Shown here one piece after another: positions 47,651-60,718 of a stretch of DNA of 64,000 nt. Origin of the DNA: Octopus vulgaris (Eukaryota). Positions within the stretch are counted from its first letter, which is position 1; each line of letters begins with the position of its first letter. The stretch covers positions 138,570,001-138,634,000 of the forward strand of contig OX597816.1 of the NCBI GenBank assembly GCA_951406725.2, written 5' to 3'. The notes beneath the pieces are model-generated. The model was given only the letters and a program-made list of their open reading frames with translations. It did not search any database and was not told where the DNA came from. A program made the position numbers and the translations under genes.

Positions 47651-47781
47651 TAGATAGATAGATATATATATAGATATATATATATATAAAATATTATTAG
47701 AGACAAAACCACTATTTTGCAAAACAAACAAGGAAAGACTTAATCAATACATAAAATTTTAATAAATAGTCAAAAAAACCG

Positions 47782-47824
47782 CCACTACAATTGTTTCTTG
47801 TCTTGATCGACAATCTTCAGGTGG
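47782..47824 (-). ncRNA. Minimal type I hammerhead ribozyme motif (mirror copy)
   Basis: Exact reverse complement of 47874-47916, in the left arm of the palindrome. Confidence 0.85.
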
Positions 47825-47873
47825 ACTTCAGTAAGTCAGTTTCAAATTAATTTGAAACTGACTTATTGGAAGT

Positions 47874-47916
47874 CCACCTGAAGATTGTCGATCAAGACAA
47901 GAAACAATTGTAGTGG
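47874..47916 (+). ncRNA. Minimal type I hammerhead ribozyme motif (Penelope-like element type)
   Basis: CCAC-CTGAAGA-TTGTC(GATCAA)GACAA-GAAA-CAATTG-TA-GTGG. Stem I CCAC/GTGG, intact CUGANGA and GAAA cores, 5-bp stem II, palindromic stem III (ACAATTGT). Predicted cleavage after 47912. Confidence 0.85.
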
Positions 47917-48092
47917 CGGTTTTTTTGACTATTTATTAAAATTTTATGTATTGATTAAGTCTTTCCTTGTTTGTTTTGCAAAATAGTGGTTTTGTCTCTA
48001 ATAATATTTTATAATATTTTACTATAAAATTGGATTTAATCCTAAATCTGATTTTTTTCCCTGTAAATTTGGATTTATTCCCTAATATTTAT

Positions 48093-48141
<49 letters not shown>

Positions 48142-48144
<3 letters not shown>

Positions 48145-48539
48145 CAGTATCGCCCGGCGTTGCTCGTGTTTGTAAGGGAAATAACTATATAAGCATTTTT
48201 AGAGAGTTATAGCCAAAAAATAGCAAAAAAATGCATTAAAAATGGAAAAAAAATTATGGTTAATTTTTTTTTAAATCGTTGACTCATCGTAGACATTTTT
48301 AGAGAGTTACTTCCCTTATTTAATAGCGAAAAAAATACATTAAAATGGAAAAAAATTATGGTAAATTTTTTTTTAAATCGTTGACTCATCGTAGACGCGC
48401 GCTAATACCCAGAAGGGCTCGATATGAATCACGACTATAAGATACTCGGTTTTGGTTTAACTGCACCGCAAAATGTGGGAGTAGTTAGAAATCTAAATCG
48501 TAGGAGACAGACACACAACTTGACTTTTATATATAAAGA
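48142..48539 (-). mobile_element. Non-autonomous Helitron-like element (copy B, tandem)
   Basis: Same termini and shared internal blocks (GACTCATCGTAGACGC..GGGCTCGATATGAATCACGACTATAAGATAC..CTGCACCGCAAAATGTGGGAGTAGTTAG). The 3' end runs into (TA)n. Confidence 0.8.
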
Positions 48540-49046
48540 CTAGCAGTATCGCCCGGCGTTGCTCGGGTTTGTAAGGGAAATATAAGCATTTTTAGAGAGT
48601 TACTTCCCTTATAGATGCCAATTCGGGCTTTCTTAGCCATTTCTGTTTTGGTGTCTTCAAGCCATGAAGTCGTTGTTCTAAAAGAACGCTGGTCTCCTTG
48701 ACAACGCTTTACGACGTTGATTTCATTACACTCCCTTCCCCACAGCTTCACGAGGGAGGGAAGAAGGGGGAGAAGCAAACAGGTGCAGGTGTGACCATGG
48801 ACGCCAACTCCGTCGCCATCGACACACGAAAAATTATGCATTAAAATGGAATAAAAAATGATGCTAAATTATTTTTTAAATCGTAGACTCATCGTAGACG
48901 CACGCTAATACCTAGACGGGCTCGATATGAATCACGACTATAAGATACCCGAATTTGGTTAAACTGCACCGCAAAATGTGGGAGTAGTTAGGAATCTAAA
49001 TCGAAGGGGACAGACACTCACACAACTACAGTTTTATATATATAGA
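48540..49046 (-). mobile_element. Non-autonomous Helitron-like element (copy A)
   Basis: The minus strand starts TC(TATATATATAAAA) after an A, and ends with hairpin CCCGAGCAACGCCGGG then CGATACTG-CTAG. Confidence 0.8.
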
Positions 49047-49087
49047 TATGCATATCTGTCTGTCTATCTATAGATAGATAGACAGAC

Positions 49088-49246
<159 letters not shown>

Positions 49247-49806
49247 TTAGTGTAAACCGTTTGGCATCACTTGAAAAAGACGTTTAATTCAGATAGGGAA
49301 TATAGATGTACAGAGTCTCTTACAGCTGTTTCTTGGTAAAGGATGCGTGGCGTTCAATCATATAATGATATAAATAATATATATATGCATATATACATAC
49401 GTATACGTACATACTTACATTATACGTATATATATTTGTATGTGGGCACAGGACGTCATAAAACGTAAACAACAAAAAATATGAAGTACGAGGACATGGA
49501 ACATGAACTTTTTTTGCGAGCATCGAAAGAAATAAATGGAAAGTAAGACAAACAACACAAAGAACGACCTTTCATCAGTTGTTCACTGTTTTCTAATCCG
49601 TATTTCGAGTATTTCACGACGAGATACGCCTTCGTTAAAACAGTTGGTCCCGCAAAGCAAATTAAAATAAAATCTAGGATTTTGCAGAGGGTCAAAATTA
49701 GTGACTAAAACAGGACAGTGAACACAAATATGAAGGGCTGTTAAGACTAAACGAGGTTGTGGTTGCGAACGCGAAGAAACAAGCTTGGACAGGAGGCATA
49801 GAAGAC

Positions 49807-49857
<51 letters not shown>

Positions 49858-50404
49858 CATATATGGACAACATAGACAAGTACAGATATATGGGATGTCA
49901 TACAGCATAAATTCTTGATTTATTAAAATTATTTACACTTCTACAGGATCTGTTACAATTGCTTTATGGTTATTTAGAAAGACTAACATGGGAAGGAGTG
50001 ATAATTTCGAGCATCGAGATTTTTCCCAAAGTATAAATGCCATCAAAGCAGGGTTGTCTGCATATAATAGGTCGGTATTGGGCACTTGTTTCTGTTTCGA
50101 TCGTTATAAGTACAACAATTGTTATACCTTAACGCCAGTAACGAAGTTACATACAAAAAATGAATAGAACAGTTATGGCTGAGGTAATTTGTATAATTCA
50201 ACCGAAAATCATCTATAAAACATATCTTAGATGTTGCACCATCCTCAAAGGTGTACACAATTCAGCTCTAAAACACAATGTGAAACACTACGTCAAGTAG
50301 CGAAAAGGTTGGAAACAACAATGGAAGAAAAAGCAGCCGATGAAGAGAAAATGGAGAACAATAATAGGACGAATATGGTGAAGTGAAGGAAGAGAGAACG
50401 TAAG

Positions 50405-50793
50405 AAGTCACCAACTTTGGAAGAAGCAAAAAAGAGTAGGGGAGCGGCAGAGAATGTAATTCATCAGAACGGTAACACCGAGGAGCCAACTATGGAAGGG
50501 ATAGAGAGAGCGATGGAACTGCAAAACGAAGACGAAATAGCGAGACAATTTAGAGTTGTGTGAGTTAAAAGATAGAGAACAGATGGGAAAGACGTATTTG
50601 AAAAAGTCACCAACTTTGGAAGAAACGGAAAAAAAGTAGTGGAAGGACAGAGAATATAACAGACCAGGACGGCAACACTGAGAGAATATTATATATGGAA
50701 GATATGTTGAGAGCGATGAACCTGCAAAGCCAAGAAGAAGTGTGGCAGTGGTTTAGGCTCAAAGAAAAAGAACAGATGGAAGAGAAGTATTTG
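50405..50793 (+). repeat. Diverged tandem duplication, ~199-bp period
   Basis: AAGTCACCAACTTTGGAAGAA at 50405 and 50604. Shared GAGAGCGATG and GAACAGATGG..GTATTTG. Confidence 0.85.
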
Positions 50794-51385
50794 CAGTCGG
50801 AAGAAAATTCAGATACACAAACGGAAATGAACGAAGCAGTAGACTCGAGAAGAGAAACACAAGAAAAGAAAGAGAACGAGAAGAAAAAGAAATGTAACAA
50901 TAATAAAAGTGGGAAAAAAAACGTAGACGGTAAGTATAGTTACGAGTGTAACGCAACTAATTGTTTTTTCAAAAAAAAAACATGAATTGAACTGCAAATG
51001 AACTGAGAATTGAACTTGTGTTATTTGTCTGTGAAATTTAATATGTAAAAACAAAAAAGGAAAAAGTAACGACTGGGAAAAAAAAGATAAAATAGAAAAA
51101 GAAAATACAAAGACTAATGTGAACAATTAATGATATATTTTACGATATTGATAAGAAGACCGTCGCGGTTTCGCCTCACAGTGAAACCCGATGGTATTGA
51201 GAATTAATGGGAAAAAATTTACTGTTCGTCTCACAGCGGGAGTGAGTCGAACAGCTTCATTCTCATTATTAATCACTCCATCAATCATACATCATTTGTT
51301 TTATGTTCCCGTTTTGTCTTGTTTTGTCCCCTCTATATAATCAGGCCATTGTGCCTATAATAAAAAGAAAAGGACACGCTACCCC

Positions 51386-51425
51386 GAACTGATGAAGGGC
51401 AATACCCAGAAACATGCATGTATTC
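51386..51425 (+). ncRNA. Minimal type I hammerhead motif
   Basis: GAA-CTGATGA-AGGG(CAATA)CCCA-GAAA-CATGCATG-TA-TTC. 10-bp palindromic stem III (ACATGCATGT) and 3-bp stem I. Confidence 0.7.
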
Positions 51426-51767
51426 AGCTTACTGTTCCTAGCTGGTGGGGGTGTTTGCCTCCCCTTTGCGAATATAAGGACACAGAAAATGTGTCAAAGC
51501 CGAAAGGAAGCGTCGATGCTTCCTAGGGCTATATAGCGGTGGTGTAATTCCCTCTACGGGACTGTCACGTTTTGTTGACTTTATACAACCACTATATATA
51601 TATATACGACGGGCATCTTTCAGTTTCCGCCTACCAAATCCACTCAGAAAGCTTTGGTTTACCCGTGGCTATCGTAGAAGATACTTGCCCACGGTGCTAC
51701 GTAATGGGACTGAACCCAGAACCATGTGGTTGGTAAGCAAGCTACGTAGCACACACCCACTCATGCA

Positions 51768-51827
<60 letters not shown>

Positions 51828-51896
51828 CATAAATATATATATATATATATATGTATGTATACATTTATATATACATATATATATATATATGTATGT

Positions 51897-51948
<52 letters not shown>

Positions 51949-52612
51949 TGTGAGTAGAATACGAAGGGTTTCTTTCAGTTTCTGTCTAACTAATCCACTC
52001 ATAAGACCTTGGTCAGTCAGAGAAAACTTTACCAAACAACCAACGTCTGCGTGTTTTTTTTTTTTGTTTTTTTTTTTGTTTTTTTTCTTTATAAAATAAA
52101 ATTGCAGACCGGCTCGGATTTCAGTTCCGCCATGAGAAGGCATTAGAACCTCAACGTAGATCTGCATTAGACTGAACTCCAAGCTTTCAGTGGTGTCCCA
52201 ACAACCAACTGGTATATGACACTATTGTTATTTCCTTTTATTACTTTAATGCACCGTCCTTTTATAAAATTGACAGATGTAATTATTAATTCTACATTTA
52301 AATGCTAAAGCTGTCAACTTGTTTATACTATCAATCATTATCACCATTATCAGTGGTCTTTTAATAGACTATCTAAAATTCCTTGGTTGATATGGCTTTT
52401 TCTTTCGAGATTTGTTGTTTATTTTTACACTGTTTCGGATATTAAAAAAAAAAGAGAAAGATAGACTAAAAAAAGAAGTATAAAAAGAAAAAAAAACGTC
52501 AGTGAATATCGGTTGGAAAGTTTGTATTACCCAGAAACGGTTACATATAAATAGAATGTAGTTCTTGTCTTTGCCCAGAGAGATCCTTTTTTGATGATGA
52601 TGGTGATGATGA

Positions 52613-52646
<34 letters not shown>

Positions 52647-52684
52647 GGTGGTGGTGGTGATGATGATGATGATGATGATGATGT

Positions 52685-52722
<38 letters not shown>

Positions 52723-52826
52723 GCGACGACGACGAATAGGAGGAGGGGTAGAATTCTAAAAGACATAGGAAAGAACACTTCAGAACAGACATATTTGCAT
52801 ACATATATACACAAACACACACACAC

Positions 52827-52876
<50 letters not shown>

Positions 52877-53178
52877 ATGTATATATATATGTATGTATAT
52901 ATATATATATATATTTTAATACATATATATTAATTAGTATTGTATATTTATATATACATGTAAACACACACACACACGCATTCACACTCACGCACACACA
53001 CGCATGCACGCACATTCAAACACATGCGTTCGTATATGCATGTGTGTATGTATATATAATTATAATTGAAACTTTACAAACGTAATTCAAAGATAAACAT
53101 TTCGGTTATCCAGACGACTATACGGGTTATGTCAGCATTTTCAGAGAAAAAAAGATATACTACTACTACTACTACTAC

Positions 53179-53230
<52 letters not shown>

Positions 53231-53357
53231 TTATTGAGGAGGTGTCTTCTACTATAGCCCCGATAGACCAAAGACTTTGCGAATGGATTGGGTGGACGGA
53301 AACTGAAAGAAGCCCGCTGTATGTGTGTGTATACATACATACTTACATACATGTATA

Positions 53358-54120
53358 CAGGGTGCGACGGAAAAGTTGTCCCCATTTTATATTTTTTTAT
53401 TTCGCGCATGCGCATTGTTTCTTTTTGATTTTGTCGACCACACCGTATAGCAGGGTCAGCTGGGTATCGTCTGTGAGGAAAACAGCAACATGGCGTCATT
53501 CACTCGGCCAGAAATTTGGAAACGACATGCTGAACTGCTTGGCATTGGCGCCGAAAGCTCTAATACGAACATTTCAGAGTGTTTGGGTGTTAGTCTGAGG
53601 ACAGTGCAATCTAACGATACGTATCGAGAGTGATAAAAATCCAACATCCAGTCAACATCATGGTGTTTGGAGTAATCACTAGTGATGGCTACGTTATGCC
53701 TCCATTCATCTTCCCGCACGGCCTCACACACAACTCGGAGGCCTGCATCGCGGAGGCTTACATTGGAAGAGGTAATGCTGCCCTGAGTCAAGACGGTGGC
53801 TGCTGGAAGACCCTATGTCTAGCAACAGAACACTACACCATTCCACACAAGCAGGAGAACCCAGTCATGGCTGTCAGACAATTTCTGCGACATCATCGCC
53901 CCTAACATCTGGCCACCTAAATTCCTATACTGCAACCCCCTAGATTATTATGTGTAGGGCGCAGTTGAGCGAGAGACCAACAAAACGCCACCAAAGATGA
54001 ACTGAAGGCAAGGATTATGACAGCATTCACCAACACAAAAAAGGAGACCTCCCAAAAGAGTTGCAGAAGATTACGAAGTCGTCTGGAGTGCGTCATTGAA
54101 GCCAATGGCTATTTTAATAA
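53358..54120 (+). mobile_element. Decayed Tc1/mariner (maT/DD37D-like) transposase fragment
   Basis: TA-CAGGGTGC start, then HPVNIMVFGVITSDG, QQNTTPFHTS, WPPKFLYCNPLDYY, RLECVIEANGYF. Confidence 0.85.
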
Positions 54121-54286
54121 AATAATGGAAACACCTAGCATCATAGCATCTTAATTTTGAAATATCTATAAAACCGTCAAAATCTTGTTTAGTTTTATGC
54201 TTTTTGATTTATCATTAGTGTTGCTTAATACGTTTTGCTAAAATTGTTGTTTCTTTTCAGATATCATTAAAAAAAAATTCATTAAA

Positions 54287-54473
54287 ATGACAAATCTATC
54301 GACTTTTCAAAGAGGTTAAATTGTTGGTGCTCGTATGGCAGGCGCTAGCGTAACGAAAACAGCCAAAATGTTTGGTGTATCAAGAAGAACAGTCTAGAAC
54401 GTAATGACAAAACTCCGGAAGAAAACGAAAGCTTTCAGATTGGGACAGTCGGACACTTACGCGAATTGTTAGC
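54287..54473 (+). mobile_element. Tc1-like transposase N-terminal HTH fragment
   Basis: MTNLSTFQRG*IVGARMAGASVTKTAKMFGVSRRTV..SGRKRKLS..RTLTRIV. Confidence 0.8.
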
Positions 54474-54708
54474 TTATGAAAGGACAGAATATATACCCTG
54501 TGTATCTAGACGCTGCCCTTTTATAAGCTTTTTTGATTGAAGGTTTTCTTCGATCTTATAATAAGATGATTTTATACTGAAATTTGTTCATCGAGTGCTA
54601 AACACCGTTAGTTGAAAGGACCAATGAAACAAAACCATTTTGAAATGCGTATCCATTAACCTAATTGTATATGTTTGCTTATAACGTTATTTCTGTTCCA
54701 TTCTAAAC

Positions 54709-54754
54709 AAAACTGTCCGACGAACGGGAGCGTGAAACTCTGAGTAACAGTTTT
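54709..54754 (+). ncRNA. Type I hammerhead motif with U4C core variant
   Basis: AAAACTGT-CCGACGA-ACG(GGAG)CGT-GAAA-CTC(T)GAG-TA-ACAGTTTT. 8-bp perfect stem I. AATAAA follows at 54777. Confidence 0.75.
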
Positions 54755-55464
54755 TGTGATATATTTGCTACTTTTCAATAAAGCATATTACTCTAACTCT
54801 GGTATTCGAGTACTATTTTTTGCACCTTGTTTCGCAATTATGTGCTTACTCCGGTATATATATAGAGAGAGGGTGGAGAGAGGGAGAGAGAGAGAGGACG
54901 GATGGCCTAGAGGTTTGAGTGCTGCACTCACAATCGCGAAATCGTGATTTCAATTCCTAGACCGGGTGGTACGTTGAGTTCTTTAGCAAAACGCTTCATC
55001 TCACGTTGCTCTACGATCACTTCGATACCTGACACCTGGTACATTGTGCACCTGTTTAGGCAACGTCGACCTGAAAAAAGGAATGAGCTAATGTGAGGCA
55101 CATATATTTGATCATTATAAACAAAATCATTTATGCAGGTCGTTCGGCATATATATATTTTAAGGTATCACCTCGGCATTGCAATTTTAATAACTTTGTG
55201 TTAGAACTCAATATAAATGTACTGCAAGCTAATGAAGTTCATAACATAATTCTTTATTCCTTTGTCTTTCCAATTATTTTTATATGTTCATATACCCGTG
55301 GGGAGGTTGTTTGCCCTGTGAGTAAATAGAAAATGTGCTTTTGTGGCTAAAGAGTTCCTTAACTCTTATTTCTAGCAATGCTGGTGATTCGAGTACGTTT
55401 TAATGACGATGAATTATTTCCCATTTAGTTTTGATTTGCGTCTAGCAAACTTCATTATTTTCTT

Positions 55465-55527
<63 letters not shown>

Positions 55528-57582
55528 CTATTATGTTTGTTCCCCGCCACTGCTTGACAACCGGTGTTGATTTGTTTATGTTTCAAGTACCTTGCAGTTC
55601 GTCAGACAAAGACACCTAGCACCTGGTACAATAGGCACCTGGCTTGAAAATAAATAGTGGGACGATCAGTTCAACTAAACACTTTAAGGCGGTGTCCACC
55701 ATGGCTGCAGTTCAATGATTTAAACAAATAAAAAAAGTAAAAATAAAAGATTGGTCTTTGAATGTTTCTAACATCAAACAAAAGTCACGAGTATTCTGAC
55801 TAACGTACAACTTAAAGAATCCTATGTTCCGCTTTCAATCCTTTATTTTTCTTTATGCGAAAAGTCAAAAAATCTAATTAATAACTCCAGTATATTTGCC
55901 CTGCGTTGTGGCCCTCTCTGTAGTCACGTTTACTTGTGTTTGCTACGGTCAAGGCAGGCCCTGCTAAGATCTTCATCGGGTTCAAATTATAAATTTCTGG
56001 CAGTGTTTTCTTTTGATTCATCCTTCGAGATGATTTCGGACTATGTATATCTTCATTTCCATCACTCCATATATATACAGTATATGTATATATATATATA
56101 GTATATATAGAGAGAGACATTTAAAATCACCTTCTCAGTTAATTATTCTGAAACAAAAGCCCGTTGATACTACTAACACTACTACAGTGCGCCCTCGACA
56201 CCGGTGGCCTTGTTAACTACGTGACTCAGTTTGAACTTCTGTAGTTTGATGTCTGCAGAACTTTTCCTTTAGTTGCTAACCAACCTGACAAAGTAGGTCA
56301 AAATCATAGTAGTTAGTAGTTCTTGGGGAAAATTATGGAGCGATGTGATTGGTGCAGTATTTGGGATGAGACACACCAGGGTCAATAAAAAGAAGAGGAG
56401 ATATGTGCATCTGTCAGGCTGCATGCAATGAGTATTGAACTCGCTAAATTAGGGGACTAGATAACGAGGTCTTGACAGCAGAAGATACAGAAATAAGCAA
56501 AAACGCCCTTTTTAGTCTGTGAATGAAGTGGACTGAATTCTCATTAATAGGTCCAGTGGACTTCTTTTAGATGCCGTATATGGTGGCTTTCAGTGTTGAA
56601 GCATTTTAGTCACATATAAATGGACTTATTAAAATGTAGGCCTTACCCAAATTTTGCAGGATTAATAGTAAATCAAGATTGATATGTTTCTCAACTTCAA
56701 GAAGAAGCTCAGTTTTTAGACGTATATTTGATATATTTAAACTTGTCATAAAAGATCATTAGAGATTATTACTCGTAGCATTCGCAGCTACTGTGAAGGT
56801 TTTAGTTCTGACTTATTAATGAGTACAGAGAATACCCAGTGATATATAGTATATAGAGTACAAGTTGAAATATTGGTTTAAAATTTTGGGAAAATGCCAA
56901 CAAGTTCTGGGGGAGGGGATAAATCGATTATATTGACCCCAGTGCTCAACTGGTACGCATTTTATCACTCTCGAAAGGATAAACAGCAAAGTCGATTCGA
57001 CGGAATTTGAACTCAGAACGTAGAGGTGGACGAAATACCATTAAGCATTTTGCCCGGGCGTGTTAATGATTCTGCCAACTCGCCGCCTTACTGTACATGT
57101 AATATTGTTTCTTCGGTATCTGTAGAGATTGTGTTTTTTTGTGTTGTGGAAGGAAATTAGGTGATGAGACTCTAATTAAAGGATGCCCTCATTGTCCCTG
57201 CTGAAGAAATCCCAGCAGCTCAGGCGTTAGCTGTTTAGTTTTCACTTGGAGAACGTTTGTGTGTGGAAGTTTAAGAAGCGATTGACTGGAAGACTGCGAG
57301 AGGCATAATATAACCTTAACATACATATAAAGTTGATAGAAGAAACCCATTGGCACTCATTATGATAGAGCCGGATATGGAAATCAGCGATCAAATTAGC
57401 TGGTATGTTTTCATGGAAGACATGGTTGCAGGCTCTGCTAATGTTGTGGGTAACAAGGTTGAATCCACCAGAGATCCAGTCTGTGGGACGTGAGACAAAT
57501 ATTTCATGTGTTTGATTGAACGGAAACTATAATAGTAGATAATGGAAGGAGGGAGAGAGAGAGAGAGAGAGAGAGAGACTGA

Positions 57583-57647
<65 letters not shown>

Positions 57648-58291
57648 AGAGAGAGACAAAGAGAGAGAGAGGGGTGGGCACGATGTGATGAAGGTGTTTA
57701 CGGCTGTTTCCGTCAGCTCATAAATACTTGAAATGAAGAAAGCTTGCTTATAAGGAACATTACGATAATTGCAATAACAAGGAGCAGCAACATCAACTAC
57801 AACAACAACAACAACAACAAATCAACGACAATCGCATGAAATGAAATGAAGAAGAAGAAATAATAAAACCCAGTAACTATTATCACAACGCTACCTCGCT
57901 AGACAATAACACCTAACACAAGAACAACAGAAGCAATAGCATCAGCAGCAGAAACAACAAATTATAGTAACAACATATATCAATAAAAAAGAGAGCAAGC
58001 GAAGAATCATTCGATGACAGAAAAAGAGCGAGTGAACCGTATAATAAATGAAGGTGACAATTGTAAAAAAAAGAGCAATTTGAATGGGTCTATTTTTATA
58101 AGTTTGCCCTAAAGCTATGAACAGCTGTCAGCTCCAGGCGACTTTTAACCGGAGTTGAAGCTATCAACTCATTTAAACGCAAACATTTTGATACCTTCGT
58201 TACTGTTATTGTTATCATTGAGGGTTTTTCTCTTTTTCACTATTTTACAATAGTTGCGTTCAATTGTTTGTTGTTGTTACATTATTATTAC

Positions 58292-58389
<98 letters not shown>

Positions 58390-59195
58390 AGGCCTTATGC
58401 CTACAGTAGAAATAATCATGATAAATAATGATAATAATAATAATAATAATAATTATTATTATTATTATTATCATTGTTATTATCATTATTATTATTATTA
58501 GTAGTAGTAGTAGTAGTAGTATTCAATTTTAAATTGTGTGTATATATATATATATATATATATGTATACACATACACTTTATATATGTGTATGTGAATGT
58601 GCGTATGTATGTGTGTATGTGAATGTGTGTGTGTGTGTGTGTAATACATATATATATATATATATGAAATCTTCTGGCTGCCTAAACTTTCTAAATGGCC
58701 CCGTGGGCAATAAGTTCATTAGCTGGTCAATTACGGCTCACAGCATGCTCTAAGAACGACCCTGGAATGATTGGTTGCCTGTCTGATTGGCTGACTGGCT
58801 GGCTGGCTAGCTAGATTGTTGGCGAGATTGATGCAGAGAAGAAACCTGGTGTTTTTTTTGGGGGCTTTTTCTTTTTTTATTTTATTTTGCTTTTTATAAG
58901 TCGACGGCAACGGTAAACAAATACACACACACACACACACACACACATAAGCGCATGCACACATATACAGGCATACAGACTCAGTTTGACGGTTACACAC
59001 ACATAAAAGGAGACAAACGAGATATTTAACGTAGAACCAAAAAGGAAGTGAACGAAGGCAGTTGAGGAAATGCTAGTACATGTTTACAACTCCGTACTGT
59101 GAGCTAAGAGTATTAAGAACAGAAATCTAGATAGCGGAGATTTGTTCATGAGCTGCATATATGTGTGTGTGTGTGCGTGTGTACATATGTATATA

Positions 59196-59433
59196 TATTT
59201 CTTTATTGTCCACAAGGGGCTAAACATAGAAAGGACAAACAAGGACAGACAAAGGGATTAAGTCGATTACATCGACCCCCCCACCCAGTGCGAAACTGGT
59301 ACTTTATTTATCGACCCCGAAAGGATAAAAGGTAAAGTCGACCTCGGCGGAATTTGAACTCAGAACGTAACGACAGACGAAATACCGCTAAGCATTTCGC
59401 CCGGCGCGCTAACGAGTCTGCCAGCACGCCGCC
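59196..59433 (-). mobile_element. SINE family A
   Basis: Reverse complement of family A, flanked by the GTACATATGTATATA direct repeat. Confidence 0.9.
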
Positions 59434-59450
59434 TTGCGTACATATGTATA

Positions 59451-59695
59451 TAGTAATCCCTCGACTATCGCGGGTGTAACGTTCCAAAGCTACTGCGATA
59501 GATGAAAATACGGGAAGTAGAAAAAGTACAGTATATTTTTATTTTTACTTTTATAATTTGTATATATTTATTTTATTATAAATGCTAAAACAACACCACG
59601 GAGAAATCGACGTAAGCTTAAATAATAAACCGCGATAGGTGAACCGCGATATGTGAACCGCGATAGGTGAACCGCGATATGGCGAGGGATTACTG
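59451..59695. mobile_element. pogo/Tigger-like MITE
   Basis: TIRs (T)AGTAATCCCTCG / CGAGGGATTACTG with TA flanks. Four subterminal 14-bp AACCGCGATA(G/T)GTG units at ~59628-59682. Confidence 0.85.
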
Positions 59696-59715
59696 TATAT
59701 ATGTGTGTGTGTGTC

Positions 59716-60718
<1,003 letters not shown>

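Larger units (their letters stand above)
47685..48013. repeat. ~330-bp near-perfect spacerless palindrome carrying two divergent hammerheads
   Basis: Arms of ~164 bp centred on caaatt|aatttg (47848/47849). I see only one mismatch and one 1-nt indel, both near the centre. Confidence 0.95.

Noticed and set aside
49586-49643. Minus-strand TTAACGA..GTAT/ATAC..GAAATACGGA motif
   Set aside because: The core has multiple substitutions and is too degenerate to call.
56185-57500. Possible old transposon/LINE debris
   Set aside because: Only a lone Tigger-like start (CAGTGCGCCCTCG) is visible, with no diagnostic motif I can support.
59628-59682. Short regular repeats suggesting a CRISPR-like array
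   Set aside because: These are spacerless 14-bp subterminal tandem units of a MITE in eukaryotic DNA.
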